A stretch of 64,000 nt of DNA from Candidatus Uhrbacteria bacterium (lineage in GTDB: Bacteria; Patescibacteriota; Patescibacteriia; JACPHY01), in the NCBI GenBank assembly GCA_016188355.1, contig JACPHY010000002.1, positions 596 through 64,595 of the forward strand, read 5' to 3'. A model generated the notes under the pieces. That model was not told the origin of the DNA. It made no database searches and worked only from the letters and a program-made list of their open reading frames with translations. This document shows, in pieces, positions 27,308-36,716 of this stretch; position 1 is the first letter of the stretch; every line of letters starts with the position of its first letter. Both the position numbers and the translations under genes were made by a program.

Positions 27308-27970
27308 CTACCCGCGAACGGGAAGATCGATTGCCGCAGCGGACGTGGGGACCTCGTATGCGGGTGGATGGAAGGTTTGAAATTTCTCGAGCGGCCAACC
27401 CCGCAACCACGCGCGACCCACGATCGCATTTCGAGGAATAGGACCAAAATCCTTGGAATCAAAACTCTGCCGACGATTGTCTCCGAGCACAAAAAACTCT
27501 TCGGGACCCAATACCACCATGCGCTCCCCCGGAGTCGTCACCCCCGTCCCGAGATAGGTCTCTGGAAGGATAAATCCGTTGGGACGCACGTCATTCGCAA
27601 TCCGTACGTGCCCATCGCGAATTTCGACCCGCTCTCCGGGAAGCCCAATGATCCGCTTGATGAAGAATTGCCGAGGATCGTACGGATACCGAAACACCAC
27701 AATATCGCCGCGCTCGGGCGCACGGAATCGATAGGAAAGCTCATCAATGATCAAGTACTCATGATCCTCGAAATTCGGCTCCATCGATGCACCCTTCACG
27801 TAGAATGGCTGCACGAGAAAGTAGCGGATGGGAATGATGATCGCCAGCGCCACAATCACCACGCGCACCACCTCGAGCAGGTACGCACCAAATGATCGGA
27901 ACCGCGAGCGTGTCACTGGCGTATCATGATCAAAATTCGATCGGTACTCTTCAAATGCCATACGCATCAT
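27308..27970 (-). CDS. lepB: Signal peptidase I
   Basis: N-terminal TM; box motifs GASMEP and GDNRRQSFDSKDFGPI. Confidence 0.85.
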   Translation of the reverse strand: MMRMAFEEYRSNFDHDTPVTRSRFRSFGAYLLEVVRVVIVALAIIIPIRYFLVQPFYVKGASMEPNFEDHEYLIIDELSYRFRAPERGDIVVFRYPYDPRQFFIKRIIGLPGERVEIRDGHVRIANDVRPNGFILPETYLGTGVTTPGERMVVLGPEEFFVLGDNRRQSFDSKDFGPIPRNAIVGRAWLRGWPLEKFQTFHPPAYEVPTSAAAIDLPVRG

Positions 27971-28124
27971 TGCACGAAGGTCTCCACGGTCGTACGAATT
28001 CGATCGTACCAGATACCGAACGAAGATACCACCTGTACACGTGTGGCGTCAATGACCGTTGCGCGATTCTCTGGTAGAGTAAAAAAACGTTCGTGCGGGG
28101 GCATCGTACCTCGGCGACCTGCAT

Positions 28125-29579
28125 ATGGAACCAGTGCCCGCACCCAACCTCCTCACCAACCCCGATCCCCCTCCGCTCCCCCAACCCTCACGCGTGCGCC
28201 GCCTCGGCCGCGCGCTGCTCCGCGCCGCAGGAACGACGGCAATCATCCTTGCGGTCACCTTTGCCGTACTCGCCTGGACTACGCGCTCCTCCCACCCCAA
28301 CATCCTGCTCGCGCTCCGCGACTCCGCAACGGTGCAATCCGTGCTCTCCCTCCTCCGGAGCCCTTCCGTGGTTCTCCTGGGAGAACGGGAGGACCGCGTG
28401 AACGTGCTCCTCATCGGCATCGGCGGCACCGGTCATGATGGACCACTCCTCGCCGACACCATCCTGGTCGCCAGTATTCAGCCCTCCACCCACCGTGCCA
28501 CCCTCATCTCCATTCCGCGCGACCTCCTGCTCCCCCTGCCGGACGGACGACTCCAAAAAGCAAATGCGGTCCACGCATTCGCAGAGGACGAACGTGGGGA
28601 TGGTGCCACCGCACTACGCACCAGCCTCAGCACCGTGCTCGGCATAGATATCCCCTATCACCTGCGCGTCGATTTCCGCGGTTTTGTGGGACTCGTGGAT
28701 GCGCTCGATGGGGTGGACATCCACGTCGAACGCACGCTCGATGACGCGCTCTATCCTATTACCGGTCAGGAAAACGCACCATGGTCGGAACGATTTGAGC
28801 ATCTCGTTATCCCCGCAGGCATCCAGCACATGAATGGCACGCTCGCCCTCAAATATGTCCGCTCGCGACACGCGATCGGGATCGAGGGCTCCGATTTCGC
28901 ACGCGCCCGTCGCCAGCAACGCCTCCTCGCTGGCATCCAGGAACGCATCCGGGAGAACGGACTCTTCCAGAATCCGCGCGCCCTCCTCGCGCTCGCCGAA
29001 ACATGGCGCTCGCACCTCGCCACGAATTGCACCCCGCCGGAACTCTATCGACTCGCTTCATTCGGTCAACGCTTCGATGACCAGTCCGTGCATCGCATCG
29101 TGTTCACCGATGGACCATCCGGCGAACTCGTTGGCGGCAGAGAACGAAACGGCTCCTACGCACTACGTCCTCGCGGGGGCACCTACGACGTCCTCCGCTC
29201 CACCGTTGCGCGCGCGCTCGCCGCAAGCAGCACCACCACTGCGCCCGTCACCACCTACGCCGTCACCATCTGGAATGGCACTACCATTGGTGGGCTCGCC
29301 GCTCGCACGTCTGCACGCATCGCACGCCCGATGCTCACGGTGACCGATATCCGAAACGCGCCCGTACGCACCCTGGAGCGCAGCATTATCTACCATCGCG
29401 ATGCCATTCCTGCACCCCTCATTCTGGAACTCCAGCGCCTCCTGAACGCCGACGCGTCCACCGCATTCCCCACGCTTCCCACCACAGTATCGTCGCCACC
29501 TGATATCCTAATCGTACTCGGCAACTCCAGCGCCTCGACGCTGACCACCCACACCCGTTCCGACCCACGCGGCGGATAA
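28125..29579 (+). CDS. LytR-CpsA-Psr (LCP) family cell-envelope phosphotransferase
   Basis: N-terminal TM; VNVLLIGIGGTGHDGPLLADTILVASI...ISIPRDL LCP-domain signature. Confidence 0.8.
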   Translation: MEPVPAPNLLTNPDPPPLPQPSRVRRLGRALLRAAGTTAIILAVTFAVLAWTTRSSHPNILLALRDSATVQSVLSLLRSPSVVLLGEREDRVNVLLIGIGGTGHDGPLLADTILVASIQPSTHRATLISIPRDLLLPLPDGRLQKANAVHAFAEDERGDGATALRTSLSTVLGIDIPYHLRVDFRGFVGLVDALDGVDIHVERTLDDALYPITGQENAPWSERFEHLVIPAGIQHMNGTLALKYVRSRHAIGIEGSDFARARRQQRLLAGIQERIRENGLFQNPRALLALAETWRSHLATNCTPPELYRLASFGQRFDDQSVHRIVFTDGPSGELVGGRERNGSYALRPRGGTYDVLRSTVARALAASSTTTAPVTTYAVTIWNGTTIGGLAARTSARIARPMLTVTDIRNAPVRTLERSIIYHRDAIPAPLILELQRLLNADASTAFPTLPTTVSSPPDILIVLGNSSASTLTTHTRSDPRGG

Positions 29580-29601
29580 TGCACGGACTGCACATCACGA
29601 T

Positions 29602-31005
29602 ATGTTTACGGTTGCGCTCATTGGCCGAACCAACGTGGGAAAATCCACGCTCTTCAATCGCATCATCGGATCCGCTCGAGCTATCGCATCCGCGATTCCG
29701 CACACCACCCGAGATCGTAATAGCGCCACGACCGAATGGCGTGGCGTTCCGATGCGATTCATCGATACGGGAGGCGTGGAGGAGCTGGCCGCCGCACCCG
29801 CCCGTCACGCACGGCGAGATCCCATCATCGCGGAAATCACGCAGCAGGTGGAACTCGCCGTGACCGAGGCCGATCTCCTCCTCTTCGTGGTGGACGTCCG
29901 ACATGGACCACTCCCCGGCGAATACGCCATGGTCCGCGATCTCCGCAAATTGCGACGTCCGATCCTCATCGCATGTAATAAGGTGGAAACGCCGCGGCAC
30001 CGACAGGGCTGCGTCGAATTCGCTGCGCTCGGACTTGGCGATCCGTTCCCCGTTTCCGCGCTCACGGGCACCGGAGTCGGCGATTTGCTCGACGCTCTCA
30101 TCGCTCACGCACCCGCCGCAGCGGACGCATCCGACGACCGAACGCCGCCCCTTCCCGAAACTGCGGATGTGCGCGTGGCGATTGTGGGGGAACCGAATGT
30201 GGGGAAATCCTCCCTCATTAATGCCATCCTCAATCGCTCAGAGGTCATCGTGCACCCAGAACCTTTTACGACGCGCGACATCCACGACGTGACCTTCGTC
30301 TGGAAATCCCGCGATACCACGCGACCCACCACCAACGTCACCCTGCTCGACACCGCGGGGGTACGGCGGGTCGCATTCCAAGCAACTCGCGGCACCCGAA
30401 CCCGTCTCGCGGCCATCGAACGCATGGCGGTGGAACGGAGCCTCCATGCGATTCGCCATGCGGATGTCGCATGTCTCGTGCTTGATGCAACCCGCTCGGC
30501 ATCCCATCACACCAAACAACTTGCCGCAGCAATTACGGAGGCCCACTGCGCCGCGCTCATCATCGTCAATAAAATTGACCAGATGACTCCGCGCCCCGAT
30601 CCCGCCACGCTTGCCGCGAGCGTACGCCGCCAGTTTCCTCACTTGGCATGGGCACCCGTATTGCCGACCTCCGCACTCACGCGCGCTGGGGTAACCGCAG
30701 TAATTCCGGCCGCGCTCGCGGCGACGGATGCATGGCGTCGTATGGTACCCGCCGAAACGCTGGCGCACATCTACGCCGCCGCGAAAGCAGCAATCCCCCA
30801 AAGCAAAACCCCATTCGGTCGCCGCCGCTCCCAACTCCTCGAACTTTCCCAGGTCAGCACGACGCCGCCCACCTTTCTCCTCCGCACGCGCCCTCGCATC
30901 AAACTCCCCGTCGCCATTCCCCGCATCGTGGAGCATGCGATCCGTGATGCCGTGGATTTCTCTGGGAGTCCGATCCGACTCATCATGCGATCCACGAAGG
31001 AATGA
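29602..31005 (+). CDS. der: GTPase Der/EngA (tandem GTP-binding domains)
   Basis: Two P-loops (GRTNVGKST, GEPNVGKSS); DTAG motifs; C-terminal KH-like domain. Confidence 0.9.
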   Translation: MFTVALIGRTNVGKSTLFNRIIGSARAIASAIPHTTRDRNSATTEWRGVPMRFIDTGGVEELAAAPARHARRDPIIAEITQQVELAVTEADLLLFVVDVRHGPLPGEYAMVRDLRKLRRPILIACNKVETPRHRQGCVEFAALGLGDPFPVSALTGTGVGDLLDALIAHAPAAADASDDRTPPLPETADVRVAIVGEPNVGKSSLINAILNRSEVIVHPEPFTTRDIHDVTFVWKSRDTTRPTTNVTLLDTAGVRRVAFQATRGTRTRLAAIERMAVERSLHAIRHADVACLVLDATRSASHHTKQLAAAITEAHCAALIIVNKIDQMTPRPDPATLAASVRRQFPHLAWAPVLPTSALTRAGVTAVIPAALAATDAWRRMVPAETLAHIYAAAKAAIPQSKTPFGRRRSQLLELSQVSTTPPTFLLRTRPRIKLPVAIPRIVEHAIRDAVDFSGSPIRLIMRSTKE

Positions 31006-32063
31006 GGGGTATGTCTCGCATTCTCTACGGTCTCGCCGGGGAGGGTGGCGGCCATGCGGCGCGCGCCAAGGAGATCATCCGACATTGCGAATCACGTGGG
31101 CATCGCGTGCTCGCGTGTTCATCCGCAACCGGATATGCGCGTCTCCAGGGACAGGTGCGTCTTTTTGCGATTGGCGGATTCCGACTCGCATACGAACAAA
31201 ATTCGTTGCGATACCTGAGAACCGTCTTCCGAAATTTGCGCGCAGTGCCCGAGCTCGCCCGCAGCCTGGATCGGATCAGCAGCGCCATACGGCGATTCCG
31301 ACCACAGCTCGTGTGTTCCGATTTTGAACCGCTGACCGCATTCCTCGCGCGCGCACACGGCATCCCGGTCATCTCCATTGATAACCAGCACCAGTTGACC
31401 CGCACCGTGCTCCGACCGCTCCTCCGCGATCGTTCGGATGCGATCACCGCCATGGCCGCAACTCGACTCATGCTGCCCACCTGCGCCGCGTACGTGGTTG
31501 CCGACTTCTCTGGCGCGCGCCCGATCCAGCCGAACACGTTCGTCATTCCCCCGGTGCTCCGTCGCGAAGTCATCCGATTGCGACCCACATCCGGTCGCCA
31601 TCTCCTCGTCTACAGCACCACCGGATCCGCCGACCTCCTCCCCATGGTGCGCGCGCTCCGCATTCCCACCATCCTGTACGGTTGCCCGGTCACGCAGACA
31701 CAGCAGCAGGGATCCGTCACCCTGAAACCAATCAGCGGCACCGAATTCCTTCGTGACCTCGCCAGCGCTCGCGCCGTTGTTGCGAATGCGGGATTCTCCT
31801 TGATCACCGAAGCACTCCACCTTGGAAAACCGTACTGCGCCGTTCCGGTCCAGCATCAATTTGAGCAACTTTGGAATGCCACGCTCCTCGCGCGGCAGGG
31901 ATACGGCATGCGCTCCGACGCACTGACGATCACCCAGCTCCGCACCTTTCTCCGCCGTTGCCCCCAATACCACCGCACCCTTCGCGCATATCCCTACCAT
32001 GATAATCGCGATGCGCTCCGAACCATCGATGCCCTGATTACGGAGCATGCGCTCCCGCGTTAG
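31002..32063 (+). CDS. GT28-family glycosyltransferase (MurG / MGDG-synthase-like)
   Basis: N-terminal G-rich loop GLAGEGGGHAARA; C-terminal VVANAGFSLITEALHLGKPYCAVPVQHQFEQLWNA resembling the MurG C-terminal domain; 4-nt overlap with der. Confidence 0.65.
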   Translation: MRGMSRILYGLAGEGGGHAARAKEIIRHCESRGHRVLACSSATGYARLQGQVRLFAIGGFRLAYEQNSLRYLRTVFRNLRAVPELARSLDRISSAIRRFRPQLVCSDFEPLTAFLARAHGIPVISIDNQHQLTRTVLRPLLRDRSDAITAMAATRLMLPTCAAYVVADFSGARPIQPNTFVIPPVLRREVIRLRPTSGRHLLVYSTTGSADLLPMVRALRIPTILYGCPVTQTQQQGSVTLKPISGTEFLRDLASARAVVANAGFSLITEALHLGKPYCAVPVQHQFEQLWNATLLARQGYGMRSDALTITQLRTFLRRCPQYHRTLRAYPYHDNRDALRTIDALITEHALPR

Positions 32064-32064
32064 T

Positions 32065-32661
32065 ATGCCCCTCCACCTCCTCTGTATTGGACTCGGCAAC
32101 CCCGGATCGGAATATCTCCACACACGCCACAATGTAGGGTTTCGCGTCATTGATACCCTGGCCGCACAGCTCGGATGCACACTCCGACGCTCCACGCGAC
32201 ACCATGCAATGACCGCGCGATGCACGACCGATGATGCGCGCACGCTCCTCCTTGCACAACCACTGACCTTCATGAATGCCAGCGGACTGGCATTCACATC
32301 GCTCACCCGCCAGTATCATCCGGAAATGATCATCATCTGTTCCGATGACCTCGATCTCCCCATCGGCACCCTCCGATGGACGCGCGGCGGATCGAGCGGC
32401 GGCCATCGCGGCCTCCAATCCATCATCGATGCGGGAGGCAAAGATACCCTGCGCCTCCGCATCGGCATCGGCACGAACCGCACCACCAATGGCCATCGCA
32501 TCCCCGCGGAGGATTTCGTGCTCCAACAGTTTTCTTCCACCGAACTCGCAACCCTCGCACCCGCCATCGTCCGCGCCACCGCGGCCATCCTCCTCCTCGC
32601 CCATCACGGGTTCGATGCAGCGCAGCAATTCGCCAACACCCGACCGGAAACGCCATCATAA
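32065..32661 (+). CDS. pth: Peptidyl-tRNA hydrolase
   Basis: LLCIGLGNPGSEYLHTRHNVGF signature; start chosen at the ATG just after the GT stop. Confidence 0.85.
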   Translation: MPLHLLCIGLGNPGSEYLHTRHNVGFRVIDTLAAQLGCTLRRSTRHHAMTARCTTDDARTLLLAQPLTFMNASGLAFTSLTRQYHPEMIIICSDDLDLPIGTLRWTRGGSSGGHRGLQSIIDAGGKDTLRLRIGIGTNRTTNGHRIPAEDFVLQQFSSTELATLAPAIVRATAAILLLAHHGFDAAQQFANTRPETPS

Positions 32662-32695
32662 ACTGCTCCACGCGTGCATGCGTGGAGCAGTATTG

Positions 32696-33055
32696 CTACT
32701 TCTTCTTTGGTGGTGGCTGCGCAAGGCGCCGGATGGTTGCTTCGGGATCCTCCAAGAGGTCAGGCCGCTTGCCATCTAACATATCCCGAATCGCACGAAT
32801 CGCTTCCAGACCACGCTCCCGTTCGCTCTTCCGTTCCGCACGAGTTTTTGGTGGCCGATGGCGCGCATCCTGCCCATGAAAGAGCCGCGTTGCCTCCTGC
32901 TCTTCTTCCAGCGTGGGATGATAGGGTTCCGGTGATGCCGATGGCAACGCTCCTGGCGTTTCCGAATTCGGGGGATCCACCGATGCATCCTCCTGCGCAT
33001 CCGCAGCAGAACGAAGAAAAGGGAACTCGAATTGATTGGGTCGACGTATGCCCAT
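32696..33055 (-). CDS. Hypothetical highly charged, low-complexity protein (lysine tail)
   Basis: ORF only; no recognisable domain; its position suggests the dprA start must lie downstream of it. Confidence 0.3.
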   Translation of the reverse strand: MGIRRPNQFEFPFLRSAADAQEDASVDPPNSETPGALPSASPEPYHPTLEEEQEATRLFHGQDARHRPPKTRAERKSERERGLEAIRAIRDMLDGKRPDLLEDPEATIRRLAQPPPKKK

Positions 33056-33109
33056 GCACGCTCAATATACGCCATGCCCGGGAATACGGCAACGCATACC
33101 GTCACCCGT

Positions 33110-34201
33110 ATGAACACCCTCCGGCCTTGGATCGGACTCGCGGCGCTCGTCGATGTGCTGGGGTGTCGCAATCTCCATCGCATCCTCGCACACGTCGATG
33201 GCGATGCGTCCGCTGCCTGGCATGCCACACCTGCGCTCCTTGCGGCATCAGGTTGTTCCCCGGCCATCGTCCAAAAATGGTCCACCGCCCACCACGCCAT
33301 TGATTGCGACGCGCTCACTGCGGCCATTGACCACGCATCGATCACGGTCATCCCCCATGGGGACGCACGGTATCCCGCGGCACTCGCAACCATCCCCGAT
33401 CCACCCATCGCACTCTTCGTACGCGGCAACCCCGATACGCTGCTCGCATCGCCGCTCCTCGCGGTGGTCGGCACGCGTGCCGCATCGCCCTACGGCATTG
33501 CCGCAACCACCCACCTCGTCGAACCGCTGGCCCGCGCGGGGTGCACGATCGTCTCCGGACTCGCCTACGGTATCGATGCAGTCGCGCATCGCGTTTGTGT
33601 AGAGCAACACGGACGTACCGTCGCGGTACTCGGCACCGGAACCGACGCTCGCAACATTTCTCCAGCCACGCATCGTGGCCTCGCCGAGGCCATACTCCAG
33701 AACAACGGTGCCGTCGTGAGCGAATACGTTCCCGGCACGCCGGGCATCCCCATGCACTTCCCCGCGCGCAACCGCATCGTTGCCGGACTCACCGCAGGCA
33801 CCGTGGTCGTCGAAGCGCCTATGGATTCCGGCGCGCTCATCACGGCACAATTTGCGCTCGATTTTGGCCGAGAGGTATTCGCGGTCCCCGGACCGATCAC
33901 CAGCGCACTCCATGCCGGCGTGCACGCACTCCTCAAAACGGGAGCCACGCCCGTCACGGATGCACGCGACCTGCTCGACCTCATCCCCCTCCCCGCCACA
34001 CTCCCCCTCCCCATGGCCGCACCCCGAGATCCCATTGCCGCCCGCATCCTCGACGCCCTCGGAGCCGCACCCGCGCATGCGGATGCCCTCCATGCGGCAC
34101 TCGGTATTTCCGCCGCAATACTCGCCAGCACCTTGACATCTTTAGAACTGGATGGTGCAATCCGAAACGTTGGCGGTGGACGCTACATTCGGGTCGGGTG
34201 A
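33110..34201 (+). CDS. dprA: DNA processing protein DprA (Smf)
   Basis: Rossmann-like VVSGLAYGIDAVAHR...LGTGTD core; start at the internal ATG 33110 to avoid overlap with the divergent upstream ORF (alternative TTG at 33032). Confidence 0.75.
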   Translation: MNTLRPWIGLAALVDVLGCRNLHRILAHVDGDASAAWHATPALLAASGCSPAIVQKWSTAHHAIDCDALTAAIDHASITVIPHGDARYPAALATIPDPPIALFVRGNPDTLLASPLLAVVGTRAASPYGIAATTHLVEPLARAGCTIVSGLAYGIDAVAHRVCVEQHGRTVAVLGTGTDARNISPATHRGLAEAILQNNGAVVSEYVPGTPGIPMHFPARNRIVAGLTAGTVVVEAPMDSGALITAQFALDFGREVFAVPGPITSALHAGVHALLKTGATPVTDARDLLDLIPLPATLPLPMAAPRDPIAARILDALGAAPAHADALHAALGISAAILASTLTSLELDGAIRNVGGGRYIRVG

Positions 34202-34282
34202 ATACTACAAACACCGAGGCCTCCGCCACTTCCCCTCTCGTATTCCAGTTCTTCCGTCCTTACTTCTTTAGCCTCTCCCCAC

Positions 34283-36655
34283 ATGTCCGCTCATGCCGCT
34301 CCGTCCACGTCCGGGCGCACGCTCATCATTGTGGAGTCGCCCACTAAGGCAAAAACGATCGGCGCATTCCTTGGCGCCGAGTTTATCGTACGTTCATCGT
34401 ACGGACACATTCGTGATCTCCCCAAAGGAGAACTCGGCGTCGATGTCACGAATCGTTTTACGCCGCGGTACATCATTCCCACGGATCGACGGAAGGCAGT
34501 CACGGAACTGAAAAACGAAGCCGCACACGCACGCGACGTCATCCTGGCGACCGACGAAGACCGCGAAGGAGAAGCAATCGCATGGCACCTCGCGCAAGCA
34601 CTGGAGCTTCCCCCAGAAAAAACGAAACGGATCGTATTCCACGAAATCACCCGCTCTGCGATCGACCACGCCTTGACGCATCCGCGCCGCATCGACATGG
34701 AGCTCGTCGAGGCGCAACAAGCGCGTCGCATTCTCGATCGTCTCGTTGGCTACACCCTCTCTCCCTTCCTCTGGCGCAAAGTCGCCTCGGGGTTATCCGC
34801 AGGACGCGTGCAATCCGTTGCCGTACGCGTGCTCGTGGATCGGGAACGCGAAATTCGCGCGTTCACGCCCGAGGAGTACTGGACTATCGACGCCGCACTC
34901 CGCACCACGCCCGGCGTATCGGTCACCGCTGGCCTCAAACTCCGCGATGGCGCGAAGTACGTACCCGCGACTGCCGCGGAAGCAGCGGAGGTGGTCCACG
35001 CCTGTACCCCCGCCTCCTTCACGGTCACCAACGTGGAAGAAAAAGAGCTCACGAAGCGCCCGCCCGCCCCATTCACCACTTCCACGCTCCAACAGGAGGC
35101 GAGCCGGAAACTTGGGTACTCCGTGAAGCAGACGATGATGCTCGCGCAGCAGCTCTACGAACGCGGATTCATCACGTACATGCGTACGGATTCCGTCGCG
35201 CTCGCGCAAGAGGCGGTCACCGCAATCCGCAATCAGGTCGCCACACAATTTGGCGTCGCGTACACGCTCGATGCGCCGCGCACCTATACCACGAAGAGCA
35301 AGGGCGCGCAGGAGGCCCACGAGGCGATTCGTCCCACGGACGCCGCACACACCCCTGATGCACTCGCCGGAGCACTCGATGATCGGCAGCGCGATCTCTA
35401 CGCAGTGATCTGGAATCGCACCATGGCCACCCAAATGCGCGATGCGCAATTGAAGCGGGTCGCCGCGAATATTGCCGCGGATCGATACGGATTCCGCGCA
35501 ACAGGACAAACGATTCTCTTCGACGGCTTTCTCCGTCTCTACCAAGAAACCCGAGAGGAAACGGAACCGCGGGACAGTGAGGATCAGGAGGGAGAGAAGT
35601 TCATCCCTCCCCTCCGCGCCGGCGAACTGCTCGCGCTCGAGCAGTTACGACCGGAGCAGCATTTCACGAAGCCGCCTGCTCGATACACGGAGGCGACGCT
35701 CGTCAAAAAACTCGAGGAGGAGGGCGTGGGACGACCTTCCACGTACGCACCCACCATTGCAACCGTCCAAGATCGCGGATACGTCCGCAAAGAGGGGCGC
35801 CAGCTCATCCCCGAGGAAGTCGCCTTTCTCGTCACCGATCTCCTCACGGAGCATTTTCCGAGCATTGTCGATCTCCAATTCACCGCAAAGATGGAGGAGG
35901 ATCTCGACACCATCGCACAAGGTGGTCGCGATGATGTAGCATTCCTCGATGCCTTCTTCACGCCATTCGATCAACAGGTCAAAGCGAAGACGGAGACGCT
36001 CACTAAGGCGGACGTCACCCAGGAACGTGTGCTGGGCCGCGATCCTGCATCCGGACTCGAGGTTCTGGTCCGTACTGGCCGTTTCGGACCATACGTGCAA
36101 CTCGGTCGCCTCGAGGACATGCCGGACCTGCCGCCAAAGACGCCGCGCAGTAAACCGAAGAAGCAGAAACCGAAAGCAACCTCGCTCCCGAGCGGCGTCG
36201 ATCGCGACGCCGTGACCCTCGACCAGGCACTCGCACTCCTCGCATTCCCGCGAACCCTCGGGGAACAGGAGGGCGCCGCGATCACCGTACACCTCGGTCG
36301 TTTTGGCCCGTACATCAAATACGGCGACGCGAACGCATCGATCCCTGCGGGCACCGATCCGACCACCGTAACCCTCGAGGATGCCATCCGATTCGTACGG
36401 GAAGCGAAGGAACGGAAACAAAAAGCGGCCGAACCGCTCCGTGTCCTAGGCGCTGACCCGGAAACGGGCAAGGACCTCCAGGTGAAGCAAGGGCGCTTCG
36501 GCCCCTATGTCACGGACGGCACGACGCACGCTTCGATTCCGAAATCTTCATCGGTGGAAGCGATCACCCTGGAGGAGGCAACTGCGCTCCTCATCAAAAA
36601 ACGCAATCGCCCACCATCCGCATTCCGCGGACGACGACCATCGAGGAAAAAATAA
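34283..36655 (+). CDS. topA: DNA topoisomerase I
   Basis: TOPRIM N-terminus (LIIVESPTKAKTI); catalytic Tyr region; three C-terminal GRFGPY repeats. Confidence 0.95.
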   Translation: MSAHAAPSTSGRTLIIVESPTKAKTIGAFLGAEFIVRSSYGHIRDLPKGELGVDVTNRFTPRYIIPTDRRKAVTELKNEAAHARDVILATDEDREGEAIAWHLAQALELPPEKTKRIVFHEITRSAIDHALTHPRRIDMELVEAQQARRILDRLVGYTLSPFLWRKVASGLSAGRVQSVAVRVLVDREREIRAFTPEEYWTIDAALRTTPGVSVTAGLKLRDGAKYVPATAAEAAEVVHACTPASFTVTNVEEKELTKRPPAPFTTSTLQQEASRKLGYSVKQTMMLAQQLYERGFITYMRTDSVALAQEAVTAIRNQVATQFGVAYTLDAPRTYTTKSKGAQEAHEAIRPTDAAHTPDALAGALDDRQRDLYAVIWNRTMATQMRDAQLKRVAANIAADRYGFRATGQTILFDGFLRLYQETREETEPRDSEDQEGEKFIPPLRAGELLALEQLRPEQHFTKPPARYTEATLVKKLEEEGVGRPSTYAPTIATVQDRGYVRKEGRQLIPEEVAFLVTDLLTEHFPSIVDLQFTAKMEEDLDTIAQGGRDDVAFLDAFFTPFDQQVKAKTETLTKADVTQERVLGRDPASGLEVLVRTGRFGPYVQLGRLEDMPDLPPKTPRSKPKKQKPKATSLPSGVDRDAVTLDQALALLAFPRTLGEQEGAAITVHLGRFGPYIKYGDANASIPAGTDPTTVTLEDAIRFVREAKERKQKAAEPLRVLGADPETGKDLQVKQGRFGPYVTDGTTHASIPKSSSVEAITLEEATALLIKKRNRPPSAFRGRRPSRKK

Positions 36656-36682
36656 AAAAAGAGAGACCTCTGCAAAAGAATA

Positions 36683-36710
36683 CCCCCGCCCTCTCGAGAG
36701 AGGGCGGGGG
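36683..36710. terminator. Bidirectional terminator: perfect 13-bp hairpin CCCCCGCCCTCTC-ga-GAGAGGGCGGGGG between convergent topA and the lipoprotein gene
   Basis: Inverted repeat flanked by an A-rich tract on the plus strand (T-tract for the minus-strand transcript). Confidence 0.65.
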
Positions 36711-36716
36711 TTCGTA